Sequence record: PP968062.1
Strand: one strand, 5' to 3'
Length of the DNA: 64,000 nucleotides
In this document: positions 1 through 8,883 of the stretch, piece by piece
Position numbering within the stretch: position 1 is the first letter of the stretch
Layout of the letters: each line of letters begins with the position of its first letter
The notes under the pieces: generated by a model
Databases searched by the model: none
What the model saw: only the letters and a program-made list of their open reading frames with translations
Told to the model about the DNA's origin: nothing
Made by a program: the position numbers and the translations under genes

Positions 1-684
1 GGTACACATAACTCCGCTGGTATGTTCTATGACGAAGCCAGTGGCGTTGCCATGTTCGATCCGAACTCTTCTTTGATGCGGCGCCTTAAGAAAGGTGTAC
101 TCTTCATGGAGTTCAAACATCCGGAACCGTTTACAGATCTGATGATCGATGGTCGCGTTGTTCGTCAACCGATGGATGATCGTCAATACCTACAACGTAT
201 TCGTATGATCGACGATAACCGGGTATGTGCACACATCCGTGCTCTGACTATTGTCCCCGGTAAGAATGAGAATGGTAAGACCGTTAAGATGGTCGTAGGC
301 GAAGTTAAGCCTTACGGTCCCTTCGGTCACATTTTCAAAGAGTCGCTGGATAACCCGAGTATCAATACTTATTGCTCCGTACGTTCTATCACTCAAGATG
401 ATGTAATGCGTGGCATCAAGTACACTCGTGAAATCGCCACATGGGACTTCGTAGGTGAAGGCGGTATCTACATCGCTAACAAGTATACCTCTCCTGCACT
501 GGAAAGCTTCTCTGATACTGAAGTCATCATCACTCCCGCTACCCTGTGGAAGATGGAAGACGAAGCTAAGAAGCGTGCTAACATCGGTATGGAATCTGAT
601 CCTAACCTTGATGTTACTGACCTGATCCAACAACTAGGTTGGTCTCGTCGTAAGCCTGTACGTGTACCTGCTTACATGCGATAA
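1..684 (+). CDS. Prohead (head maturation) serine protease, phiKZ gp175 / T4 gp21 family; 5' end lies before the window
   Basis: Frame open from base 1 (GTHNSAGMFYD). Triad-type motifs MEFKHP (His), CSVRS (Ser), TWDFV (Asp). Candidate self-cleavage sites PALE|S and GME|S near the C-terminus. Confidence 0.9.
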   Translation, partial: GTHNSAGMFYDEASGVAMFDPNSSLMRRLKKGVLFMEFKHPEPFTDLMIDGRVVRQPMDDRQYLQRIRMIDDNRVCAHIRALTIVPGKNENGKTVKMVVGEVKPYGPFGHIFKESLDNPSINTYCSVRSITQDDVMRGIKYTREIATWDFVGEGGIYIANKYTSPALESFSDTEVIITPATLWKMEDEAKKRANIGMESDPNLDVTDLIQQLGWSRRKPVRVPAYMR

Positions 685-696
685 AAAAAAACAAAG

Positions 697-731
697 CATA
701 AAGCCCTCTCCAAACGGAGAGGGCGATATGT
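697..731. terminator. Intergenic hairpin, probable bidirectional terminator, conserved-flank family
   Basis: cataaagccctctcc-aaac-ggagagggcgatatg between convergent genes. Confidence 0.75.
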
Positions 732-733
732 TG

Positions 734-1045
734 TCACGCTACGAAGCCATAAGCTTCTTCATTAACAGGTGGCCAACGTACAAGTGTATGTTTTCCGTTG
801 ATCTGTTCTTCAGTTACATCTTGACCGTCCAGGTAGACTGATCTCCCGAACACACCTTGGGTTATAAGTTCACGAGCTTTGTTTAAAGCAAGTTTATACT
901 TATCGACCGAATTATATGCGAGAGTATTACTCACATCATCCAGTGTTATACCTTCAGGTGTAAGGTAATATTCCCGCCCTTCATCAATTGAGAAGATCCT
1001 TATTAATCTCCGGAAGTTCTCGTTAATGAAAGGCCATTTTTTCAT
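734..1045 (-). CDS. Hypothetical early protein (103 aa)
   Basis: ORF downstream of a TATATTAC motif, ending at a hairpin. Confidence 0.65.
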   Translation of the reverse strand: MKKWPFINENFRRLIRIFSIDEGREYYLTPEGITLDDVSNTLAYNSVDKYKLALNKARELITQGVFGRSVYLDGQDVTEEQINGKHTLVRWPPVNEEAYGFVA

Positions 1046-1141
1046 AGGTTCTATCCCATGTGAAGAAAGTCTGAGTTTAACCGAATCAGACGTATCGCAA
1101 ACAGGGTCTGGATGCTGTCACATCCTTCCCAATTCACGTTT

Positions 1142-1149
1142 GTAATATA
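1142..1149 (-). promoter_or_regulatory. phiKZ-type early promoter TATATTAC
   Basis: gtaatata on + strand is TATATTAC on - strand; AT-rich upstream; directly after a hairpin terminator; matches the phiKZ early consensus. Confidence 0.7.
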
Positions 1150-1173
1150 GTTCTCAATTAAGTTAGATTAAGA

Positions 1174-1212
1174 CGGCATATTGCCCTCCCTTCTGGGGAG
1201 GGCTTTATGTCG
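1174..1212. terminator. Intergenic hairpin, conserved-flank family
   Basis: cggcatattgccctccc-ttctg-gggagggctttatgtcg. Confidence 0.75.
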
Positions 1213-2337
1213 CTATTGAATAGCAGCATCCGGATAGAACGACTTGATCAGTTCTACAGGATTTTCCATCTTGTAGAAAGGAGCGGTCAGCATTGCTTCA
1301 CGATGAACCTCGCTACTAAGGATCAATGTGTTCGCATCTTCAGAAGCATAGCTTAAGAAGTACAGGTTCCATACCGGCAGACCTTGACGACGAGTAATAA
1401 ACCAATCGGGTTTAAGTTGATTCAAGATACGTACCAAGGTAGCCATCTGGTCAGCGTAATTAGGTCGCTCTTGAGCGCCAGTTGGATCAGGGATAGCTGG
1501 ACCAGTTGGGTTAGCCGGATCAGGAATCATTTTAGGGAATGGACCACCAGGAACACATTCCTCAGGGAAAACGTAGTTCTGTAGCAACTGGGCTGGGAAG
1601 TTAGGGTTCTCAGCAATCAATGCCGATACACCGCCGTGCAACATCAATCTTTCGATTGTGGCAAGGTCAGTACTAGGGCTAATGCCAGCAGAAGCTCGCT
1701 TAACAACAGAGAATCTGAAATCATCATCATAGTCATATTCATACTTGTTGTCCACCCATTTAGCGCCGAATGTTTCATCGACCAGGTCAGGAATACCCCA
1801 AGCCGTAACTTCTTCTACTATACCTTTCATCAGGGCAGCTTCTGCACCCAAATCGAATACACGTAGCAGGGAGTTATTAGTCAGGTCACCCATGAATCCG
1901 ATGATGCTATTCACACCACCGAAGTTACCATCGCGGAAGTAATAGTCCTTTTGATTAAGGACCATCTTCACGCCATCGAGCATGTCTGTAGCTTTGCGTA
2001 CGTAGCCTGTCCCTGTATCCTCGCCTGTGAGCTCTTCCATGATGGATCGCTCAACTTCCGATGCGAGGCCAACGATAGAACCACGAGAGCCTTTAAGCGC
2101 GTCCTGGATGCGGTTACGGGCCATATTCAGATCTATGCCGTTAGACATGATCTTACTACCGATACCTTTAACTACACCAAGAGACTTTTGAATCAGTTCA
2201 TCTGCACCTACACCGAACGCAGTAATCTTAGAAGCCAGTTGGTTCTTCAGATCAGCATTTTGTTCTGTATAGGCATCTACCTCTTTTACTGCGGCATCCG
2301 GCAAACCTGTAAAAGAAGGAATCGCTAGTTGTACCAT
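1213..2337 (-). CDS. Putative virion structural protein (374 aa)
   Basis: Long ORF with phage codon bias in the morphogenesis block; Pro-rich insert near the C-terminus; function inferred from context only. Confidence 0.6.
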   Translation of the reverse strand: MVQLAIPSFTGLPDAAVKEVDAYTEQNADLKNQLASKITAFGVGADELIQKSLGVVKGIGSKIMSNGIDLNMARNRIQDALKGSRGSIVGLASEVERSIMEELTGEDTGTGYVRKATDMLDGVKMVLNQKDYYFRDGNFGGVNSIIGFMGDLTNNSLLRVFDLGAEAALMKGIVEEVTAWGIPDLVDETFGAKWVDNKYEYDYDDDFRFSVVKRASAGISPSTDLATIERLMLHGGVSALIAENPNFPAQLLQNYVFPEECVPGGPFPKMIPDPANPTGPAIPDPTGAQERPNYADQMATLVRILNQLKPDWFITRRQGLPVWNLYFLSYASEDANTLILSSEVHREAMLTAPFYKMENPVELIKSFYPDAAIQ

Positions 2338-2383
2338 TTGAATTTCACCAAAAAAAAATAAGAGTCATACAATGATCGCCATC

Positions 2384-2405
2384 GGGCTCCCCGTTAAGGG
2401 AGCCC
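2384..2405 (-). terminator. Hairpin terminator
   Basis: gggctccc-cgttaa-gggagccc just after the 2418..2795 stop. Confidence 0.6.
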
Positions 2406-2417
2406 AAGGCAATCGGT

Positions 2418-2795
2418 TTACATACTTGCAGCTACACGCTTAACGATGTTCACCCACTCCTCTTCAGCAGGGGTAATCCCATAAGCAGTCCACACAATCT
2501 GAGTTCGCTTATTCAGCTTGAGTTTCAGCAGAGGATACTTAGCAATACATACGCGCAGGGTCTCCTCCATCTTCTCGTATAGATCAGGGACGTACTTATA
2601 TCGGCTCTCAACACCAGCCTCATCTAGGTTAATCCCACTCAAATACTTGGGATGTGCCTTGTCTGTAATCAGGTACAGACGGAAACCGTTCCAGCTATAG
2701 AAAGCCGTACCGGTCACTGTATACTTAAGCACTGATGAATGGAACTGAAGGACTTCAGGACATTGAGCCGAGCTTAGGTCGATACAGTTTTCCAT
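2418..2795 (-). CDS. Hypothetical protein (125 aa)
   Basis: ORF tightly packed behind 2800..3555. Confidence 0.7.
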   Translation of the reverse strand: MENCIDLSSAQCPEVLQFHSSVLKYTVTGTAFYSWNGFRLYLITDKAHPKYLSGINLDEAGVESRYKYVPDLYEKMEETLRVCIAKYPLLKLKLNKRTQIVWTAYGITPAEEEWVNIVKRVAASM

Positions 2796-2799
2796 TCTT

Positions 2800-3555
2800 T
2801 CACTCCACGATTACAGGATCAGTGATGGTGATCTTGTGGACCGAGTCAGGTAGCGATTCTCTCACCACCGGATCATCAGACCACTTAAGGGTCAGAATGT
2901 ATTCTTCTTTAGCAGGGCGCAGCAAGTGCACACCGCGGCGGAAGTTATTCAGAGATACCCTTGGATCAAGCAGACAACGGCGAAGCGTGTTCACAGCTTG
3001 GTTGATTTCTTTCTGCGACAGGCCTACTACGTTAACAGGGTTTTTCGTATAGTCGTCGAACAGCTTTTCCCACCATGCCTTGATGTCCGGTTTATCTTTC
3101 CCTTCCATTGCAATTACATGCCTGAAAAGATGGGTCATCAAAGTGCCGGCGGGTTTAGCCCCCTCGAATACTTTACAGTCTTCCCACGGGAAACTGTTGG
3201 TAGTCAGAACGTCTTCAGCTTCCTGTGGATCCATGATGATCACATAGGAACTTACGCGCTCATCACGCCAAGTCAGTTTAACCTCAAGCGTCGCGTGAAT
3301 CGGGTTAAGGAAGTCGATTGCCTTCCGGAATGCCGACCATTGCATCGTATCAGACTTCAACGCTTTGTTGAGGTTCCCTTTGTCCTGGTTCCCTTTGTTC
3401 CAGGGCTTCTCAAAGAAAGCATCCTGACGACGGTTCCAGGTACGTTGGTTTACCTTACGCCACAAGAGAACTTCACGGAACAAATAACACGGAATGTCAG
3501 AAGCTCGGAGAGTTCCCTTAAGGGGATCGGAAAGAAGATCTTGTACAGAATCCAT
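2800..3555 (-). CDS. Hypothetical protein (251 aa)
   Basis: Long ORF, packed with its neighbour. Confidence 0.75.
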   Translation of the reverse strand: MDSVQDLLSDPLKGTLRASDIPCYLFREVLLWRKVNQRTWNRRQDAFFEKPWNKGNQDKGNLNKALKSDTMQWSAFRKAIDFLNPIHATLEVKLTWRDERVSSYVIIMDPQEAEDVLTTNSFPWEDCKVFEGAKPAGTLMTHLFRHVIAMEGKDKPDIKAWWEKLFDDYTKNPVNVVGLSQKEINQAVNTLRRCLLDPRVSLNNFRRGVHLLRPAKEEYILTLKWSDDPVVRESLPDSVHKITITDPVIVE

Positions 3556-3608
3556 TTTTCATTTACACCTACGGTGATTGGAGAAAGGTTTTCGTGGGTT
3601 CGGTAGAT

Positions 3609-4151
3609 TTACTTCATGGTATCTTCCTTCATGTTTTCAACCAGAGTCTGAGTCAGTACGAGAATGTCATGATAGACACGTCCAAGTACACGACGATAGA
3701 AACTGCTTGTTTGGGTTTCAAGAATCATTGCGTGTTTATCGAGATACGTTTTCAGTTGTGTCAGAGATTCGATCACGTCAACCGAATAGCCCCGAGCATC
3801 TGCAAAGTACTCATCCAGGTTCACTCGGCCAAACTGAGTGAACTCATTCTTACAGATGTGCTCCAATACAGTCTGGTCTCCGGTGGATACCATTGTGTTA
3901 ATTGAATTCATCTGCTCGATCAAATGGGTAATGTTGTTATGCCGTAACTCCATATTGATCGCCATCATGTCTCGTGGAGTAATGGAACGGAATGCTTCCA
4001 CGTCCATTCTATTCCACAATTCGGCCAGCATGATGGGGTAATCTTCTCGCTTAGCTCCGCCATCTTCAAACTGTTCTAGTAGGGCAGAATACAGTTGTTT
4101 TTTCGAAAGTGGCTGGAGTGCCCGTAACCAGCGGCGTAGCGTATTAATCAT
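3609..4151 (+). CDS. Hypothetical protein (180 aa)
   Basis: ORF divergent from 2800..3555; start position uncertain. Confidence 0.65.
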
Positions 4152-4226
4152 ATAGAAAACTCCCTAATCCGCATTTTATGGCATATTGTTATTCCGTTGA
4201 GTATTTCTCAACAGTGAGGTAGTAAA

Positions 4227-4739
4227 ATGGAAACTCCGATCCCGGCGTTCATCCCGACAGAACCAGAGGTTATGTACTCTGAGCTTTCGTATGAAGATCA
4301 GCTGAAGCTTACACAGAACGTGAAGCATCGCATTCTTCATGGTGTAATGACGTCCCGTGTAGACGGCGTCATTCCAACTGACAAAGAATCCATTGACTCG
4401 ATGTTGAAAGTCATGGACTCTATGGATCGTACAACTATTCAGAACCGTCGGACTCAGATTGAAGCCGAAGGTAACAAGTCTGCTCGCGACCTCGTTGAAT
4501 CGATGGCGGAGTTCATTAAACAAGCCAAGAACAAGAACCCGTTTGTGGCTGTACCCGGTGAAGATGGTAAAGGTGCTGAACCCACCGTTACCGAAGAAGA
4601 TCTGGGCGAATTTGAACATGCTGCCGGTGAAGGTGAGATCGGCGTTATCAGTGAGACTTCTGAAGAGTTCAACGAACGTATGCGGGCTGACTTCGAGAGA
4701 CGTTCCCGTGAAGAAGAAGCTGCATTCGGTCTTGTTTGA
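4227..4739 (+). CDS. Hypothetical acidic protein (170 aa)
   Basis: SD gaggt upstream, strong codon bias, stop abuts a hairpin. Confidence 0.8.
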   Translation: METPIPAFIPTEPEVMYSELSYEDQLKLTQNVKHRILHGVMTSRVDGVIPTDKESIDSMLKVMDSMDRTTIQNRRTQIEAEGNKSARDLVESMAEFIKQAKNKNPFVAVPGEDGKGAEPTVTEEDLGEFEHAAGEGEIGVISETSEEFNERMRADFERRSREEEAAFGLV

Positions 4740-4740
4740 C

Positions 4741-4779
4741 GACATAAAGCCCAGCCGATTAGGGCTGGGCTTTATGCTG
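4741..4779. terminator. Bidirectional hairpin, conserved-flank family
   Basis: gacataaagcccagcc-gattag-ggctgggctttatgc between convergent genes. Confidence 0.8.
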
Positions 4780-5439
4780 TTATCGATCGATAGCTACATC
4801 GTCGAAGTAACCGTTTTCATCGATGTGGATTTCAACGGTTGGTGGCTCGTATTCACGCATAGTCTTACGGACGGTTTCTTCTGTGGTTTTGACCAGTTCG
4901 TCTTGTAACTTTTTTGCGAAGAGAACGCTTCCTGCCATGAGTGCAACACTAGCAATAGCACCTTTGTTTTGAGAGGCCAATTCCAGTGCGGGTCCGATAT
5001 TATCTTTCAGGCGACTGAAAAATCCTTTAACGCTCGATTCTTCTTTCTCCGATGGGATCGGCTGTAGTGTATCGAATACGTTCCCTGGCCAATTCTTAAC
5101 TCGGCGCCACTTCTCGCAGATAGCACCGAAATCAGTGATACCTTGCGCGAACCAATCGAAGATGAATCGATTAGTGGAAATCTTAAGGGTGATCTGATCA
5201 CCTGGTACAAATTCTTCACGAATCCATTTAACAATGTTTTCTTCGTAGAAGATTTCTTCTTTGTTGAAATCGTTCTTACTGGGAACGATTAACATTAGAT
5301 CCAATTCGACTTTGGTCTTATCGATTATTGTTTCATTTACACGCTCGATACATTCTTCGAGCCTGCATACAGTGTTAAGGAATTCGGCTTCGGTTAAACC
5401 GGTTGTTTTTACAGTCCAAAGAAAAGGGATGTTGCTCAT
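4780..5439 (-). CDS. Hypothetical protein with a hydrophobic segment near the C-terminus (219 aa)
   Basis: ORF; GAIASVALMAGSVLFA is a possible membrane helix. Confidence 0.7.
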   Translation of the reverse strand: MSNIPFLWTVKTTGLTEAEFLNTVCRLEECIERVNETIIDKTKVELDLMLIVPSKNDFNKEEIFYEENIVKWIREEFVPGDQITLKISTNRFIFDWFAQGITDFGAICEKWRRVKNWPGNVFDTLQPIPSEKEESSVKGFFSRLKDNIGPALELASQNKGAIASVALMAGSVLFAKKLQDELVKTTEETVRKTMREYEPPTVEIHIDENGYFDDVAIDR

Positions 5440-5565
5440 GAGTATTTACCTAGGTCTATTTAAAAGAACTGTAGGATAAAAGAATATAAAGAGCCTCCTC
5501 CTTATTCTTTAGTCCTACATATCCTTACCTCTCAGGTAAACCTTTCCCATGAACAGACATCTCCT

Positions 5566-6003
5566 TTACTTCTTCCACATCCGATAGATGTGACAACTTG
5601 TAAGGGTGAGCATTGTTCCCATAAACAATGCGGCCATTATATCGCTAGCACTCTCCTCTTCTTTCTTGTCATTCTGGTGTATGTAATCGTAATACTGTTT
5701 CTGCTCCTCTTTTACTTCAACGGAGTCATCAAGATCAATACCAACTAATAAACGCCATTCGTGATCGAGTATCCTAAATTCAGAAAGGATTGTTTCAGTG
5801 AGCTGTTCTTTAACCCACTCCCCATTACGTCCTCTATGAAGACACCAATACTCGCCTTTCTCTTTACAGATGTGACGCTCAACGCCTCGATAATAGAAAC
5901 GGAAATGTTTAATTACTTCTCTTATCGAATCGATGTACAACAGATCCGTTAAACGATCGACAGCAAAGTGGCTTCTAAGGACCTCTATGCTGCGAGTAGT
6001 CAT
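5566..6003 (-). CDS. Hypothetical early protein with C-terminal hydrophobic anchor (145 aa)
   Basis: ATG overlaps the upstream stop (ATGA); IMAALFMGTMLTLTSC near the end. Confidence 0.7.
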   Translation of the reverse strand: MTTRSIEVLRSHFAVDRLTDLLYIDSIREVIKHFRFYYRGVERHICKEKGEYWCLHRGRNGEWVKEQLTETILSEFRILDHEWRLLVGIDLDDSVEVKEEQKQYYDYIHQNDKKEEESASDIMAALFMGTMLTLTSCHIYRMWKK

Positions 6004-6143
6004 TCGACGTTGATCGGTGTGGCATCTGCCTCATCGATCGTTGTAGAGCATTCTGGAGCGGTTTGGAATAGGTCTCCTCCAAAGGCAATGGTAGCACCAA
6101 TGACAACGCCGATGCTAATAGCGGTTACGATTTTCCAGTTCAT
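6000..6143 (-). CDS. Small membrane or secreted protein, 47 aa (MNWKIVTAISIGVVIGATIAFGG...); not in the ORF track
   Basis: SD gaggt, first ORF after the early promoter at 6194, N-terminal hydrophobic helix, TGA overlaps the next ATG. Confidence 0.7.
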   Translation of the reverse strand: MNWKIVTAISIGVVIGATIAFGGDLFQTAPECSTTIDEADATPINVE

Positions 6144-6193
6144 GATAATTACCTCTTTTAAACAAGCCGTATCCGAGGATAAAGCTCAAATAG

Positions 6194-6201
6194 GTAATAT
6201 A
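6194..6201 (-). promoter_or_regulatory. Early promoter TATATTAC
   Basis: Exact motif with AT-rich upstream (aataaaatttttttcaga), immediately after a terminator. Confidence 0.7.
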
Positions 6202-6221
6202 GATCTGAAAAAAATTTTATT

Positions 6222-6258
6222 GACATAAAGCCCTCTCCCGAAGGAGAGGGCATATGCC
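6222..6258. terminator. Hairpin, conserved-flank family
   Basis: gacataaagccctctcc-cgaa-ggagagggcatatgcc. Confidence 0.75.
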
Positions 6259-6268
6259 TATTTACAAC

Positions 6269-6661
6269 TTACTTGAAGATACCAGCTTTGTAACCTTCAA
6301 CAACAGCTTTCGCCTCAGTTACAGAAAGTTCGTTGATGTGGGTACGCAGCGCCACCACCGCTTTGATGGTGTAGTCGGTATCAGCAACTTCACGCCAGTT
6401 ACCCTTACCTTTGGCCAGCTCTACATCCTGAACGTACAGAGCAGCCTTGAGAAGAGCCATGTTACGTTCAATCGTCTTCATGTCCATCTCCACGAGCTGT
6501 TGCAGGTGAGACAGGGACATATCGGACGCTTCACGAACATCGTCCATGAACGAACGGTTGTCGGCGTTGTTCAGGATATCGCGAGTGAGGGTAGCCAGAT
6601 TACCAGCAGTTGCGGTCAGGTTAACGAGGTGACCAGCGTATTTCTGAGCAAGAGTAGTCAT
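6269..6661 (-). CDS. Early protein with a C-terminal ribosomal L7/L12-like domain (130 aa)
   Basis: TIKAVVALRTHINELSVTEAKAVVE aligns by eye with the L7/L12 C-terminal core KIxVIKxVRxxTGLGLKEAKxxVE. Confidence 0.6.
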   Translation of the reverse strand: MTTLAQKYAGHLVNLTATAGNLATLTRDILNNADNRSFMDDVREASDMSLSHLQQLVEMDMKTIERNMALLKAALYVQDVELAKGKGNWREVADTDYTIKAVVALRTHINELSVTEAKAVVEGYKAGIFK

Positions 6662-6682
6662 TTTATATTCCTTTCGTTGGGT

Positions 6683-7384
6683 TTAGAACGGGAGGTAACG
6701 ACGGATACGCCACTCGTTTTCGGAGGGCGTAGTTTGGAACATCTTTACATAGTAGTCAATGAACGCGACACGGTAGACTTCACCGTATTCGCCAATTACG
6801 AACAGACGATCGATAGGACCGGCCTTAGCCAGCGCCTCTATGACGTTCTTGTCTTCAGCCACCTGACGATGCACCTCTTTAAGAGAAGCGTCGTACAGAG
6901 CTTGTTTGGCAGCTTCCTCAGCCTCTTGTATCTTACGCTCTTCCGATGCAGCGTAAGCTTCGCCGTAAGTACGACGAGCGAAGAGGATGTCTACTGCTTC
7001 ACCAGCGGACATGGAGTTAAACAGACCAGTTACAGCGGCCCATACGCCAGTCGGAGGAGTGGACTTGATGATCTTGTTGTAGCTTTCCAGCGGGATGACA
7101 AACTCACGGAACTTGGTGTCCGTCAGATCGCGGAGTTGCCAGGACTCTTCGTTGTTGTCGCGCTCATGGAACTGCCAACCGGTTTCATTTGAAGCTGAGC
7201 GTATCAAATTCATGGGAACACGACGGTGGAACATCGGAACGTTGGCGATATCGATCAGCGATTGACTACTGCCTTCGGTAGCGATCAGATCCAGCGAATT
7301 CTTAACCCCGTACACTTTGCACAGGAAATCGATGGAATAAGTCACACCAACCGCTACATCATGAGAGAGGTCTTTGTTAAACAT
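6683..7384 (-). CDS. Hypothetical early protein (about 233 aa, start MFNKDL)
   Basis: ATG at 7384 overlaps the end of 7377..7733; strong codon bias. Confidence 0.75.
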   Translation of the reverse strand: MFNKDLSHDVAVGVTYSIDFLCKVYGVKNSLDLIATEGSSQSLIDIANVPMFHRRVPMNLIRSASNETGWQFHERDNNEESWQLRDLTDTKFREFVIPLESYNKIIKSTPPTGVWAAVTGLFNSMSAGEAVDILFARRTYGEAYAASEERKIQEAEEAAKQALYDASLKEVHRQVAEDKNVIEALAKAGPIDRLFVIGEYGEVYRVAFIDYYVKMFQTTPSENEWRIRRYLPF

Positions 7385-7733
7385 GGAAGATATCCTTAAA
7401 AAGATGTTTGTTAGCATGTACGATGTAGTTGCATTCCGTATGCAATGCGATCGTGCGGTCGATTGTGTGAAGAAGATCGCCGACTTCATCATCGGTCAGT
7501 GTACATGTCCATTGAGTAAGTTGGATGTATCCACCAACATCCTCTTTGTAATGGCCGTAGACAGTAGCATCTGGTCGACCACCACGCATTGCAAAGATGA
7601 AAGCGTCACCACTGATATCAAGATCGTAGTAATGTCCATGCTCTGATCTGAGTGTAACGAACATCCGCGTAGGACACCTTTTAATAAGGCGTATACGCTT
7701 GGCTAACCGATTTATACTGTCTACGTTAAACAT
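7377..7733 (-). CDS. Hypothetical early protein (118 aa)
   Basis: Part of a tightly packed early operon. Confidence 0.7.
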   Translation of the reverse strand: MFNVDSINRLAKRIRLIKRCPTRMFVTLRSEHGHYYDLDISGDAFIFAMRGGRPDATVYGHYKEDVGGYIQLTQWTCTLTDDEVGDLLHTIDRTIALHTECNYIVHANKHLFKDIFHV

Positions 7734-7749
7734 GGGTAGTCCTTGACGA

Positions 7750-8061
7750 TTAGACGTCAGTGAGTAACTCCTCGTAGCACTTACCCGTTTGCAGATCCAG
7801 ACTATCCTGTTCAGTGAGATCCTGACCAGAATCGTACTTCATGAATGCGTGTAGGTAGGCTGTGGAGACTGTGCGGGTATTGAAGAACTTGGCATAAACC
7901 AAGAAACGATCGATATCCTCTTTAGGATCGACCGTAGCTACAGCGAAGCAGTCGATGTCACGGCCAGGGAGAGTTTGTTCAAAGCGATAGATGGATATCA
8001 CCTTGTTTTCATCGTCATCCCGATAGCCGCATTCCAGCAGTCTGTGTGTCTGGATGTTCAT
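7750..8061 (-). CDS. Hypothetical early protein (103 aa)
   Basis: ATGA overlap with 8058..8432. Confidence 0.7.
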   Translation of the reverse strand: MNIQTHRLLECGYRDDDENKVISIYRFEQTLPGRDIDCFAVATVDPKEDIDRFLVYAKFFNTRTVSTAYLHAFMKYDSGQDLTEQDSLDLQTGKCYEELLTDV

Positions 8062-8432
8062 TTCGCTACTCCGTTCATTTCAACCAGGATATTGCGATAG
8101 TGCATCCCGGTGATGGTGCGGAAGTTGTTGATCATGGTATCCGTACGGCTGTTATGTACCGAGGTACCTTTGCTGATGGCACGCGATACGTCCTGGAGAG
8201 CGATGACTTCCTTGAGGGGAGGAACTCCATTGGCGATCCATTGGTCCATCACAGCTTGAACTTCTTCCTGGACCTTATCACGAATACCCATCTTCTGTTC
8301 GTGCTTTTTGTAGATACGCTTGTTCTTGGTGCGATGCAGGATTTCCCAGGACATCCAGTGGGAACGTGCTGAACGTTGGATTTCAGCGATATCGAACTTC
8401 AGTGCAGCTTCCAAACGCGACATGTGTTTCAT
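8058..8432 (-). CDS. Hypothetical early protein (124 aa)
   Basis: First ORF after the promoter at 8471; SD aagga. Confidence 0.75.
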   Translation of the reverse strand: MKHMSRLEAALKFDIAEIQRSARSHWMSWEILHRTKNKRIYKKHEQKMGIRDKVQEEVQAVMDQWIANGVPPLKEVIALQDVSRAISKGTSVHNSRTDTMINNFRTITGMHYRNILVEMNGVAK

Positions 8433-8470
8433 GAGTATTTCCTTTTTACATGAGTGTTAATATCACATTT

Positions 8471-8478
8471 GTAATATA
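8471..8478 (-). promoter_or_regulatory. Early promoter TATATTAC
   Basis: Exact motif, upstream catttaaacccttttaaaccc. Confidence 0.75.
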
Positions 8479-8505
8479 GGGTTTAAAAGGGTTTAAATGT
8501 AACTC

Positions 8506-8538
8506 AACATAAAGCCTCCCTTCGGAGAGGCATTTATA
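8506..8538. terminator. Hairpin, conserved-flank family
   Basis: aacataaagcctcccttcggagaggcatttata. Confidence 0.65.
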
Positions 8539-8883
8539 TCAGCATGATGCTCTCAGTAGGTACGAAGACGTACCCACAATAGACTTCAACAAAGAACGCC
8601 AGTGTTGGTTGTGTAAGCCCTCTAGGAGCTCCACCACAACCCCATCCCGCCAATTGGCGGTAAGGACACACATTTCACCAAAAGACACCGTAAACAGCGT
8701 TTTAGACCGTTTCTCGGGGACATGTATTCGAAGTTCTCCCAAGAATAGTTTAGCTTGATTCCTGAAGATGTATTCGAACCGACTAGTAATAGCGGAAAGA
8801 TCATGTCGGTAATGTGGTAATAGGAGATAGTAGAAGTTCTCAAGGATTACTTCTAATGTCTCCACTCTTTCTTGTTCTGTCAT
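8539..8883 (-). CDS. Hypothetical protein (114 aa)
   Basis: ATGA overlap with the SbcC stop. Confidence 0.7.
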   Translation of the reverse strand: MTEQERVETLEVILENFYYLLLPHYRHDLSAITSRFEYIFRNQAKLFLGELRIHVPEKRSKTLFTVSFGEMCVLTANWRDGVVVELLEGLHNQHWRSLLKSIVGTSSYLLRASC

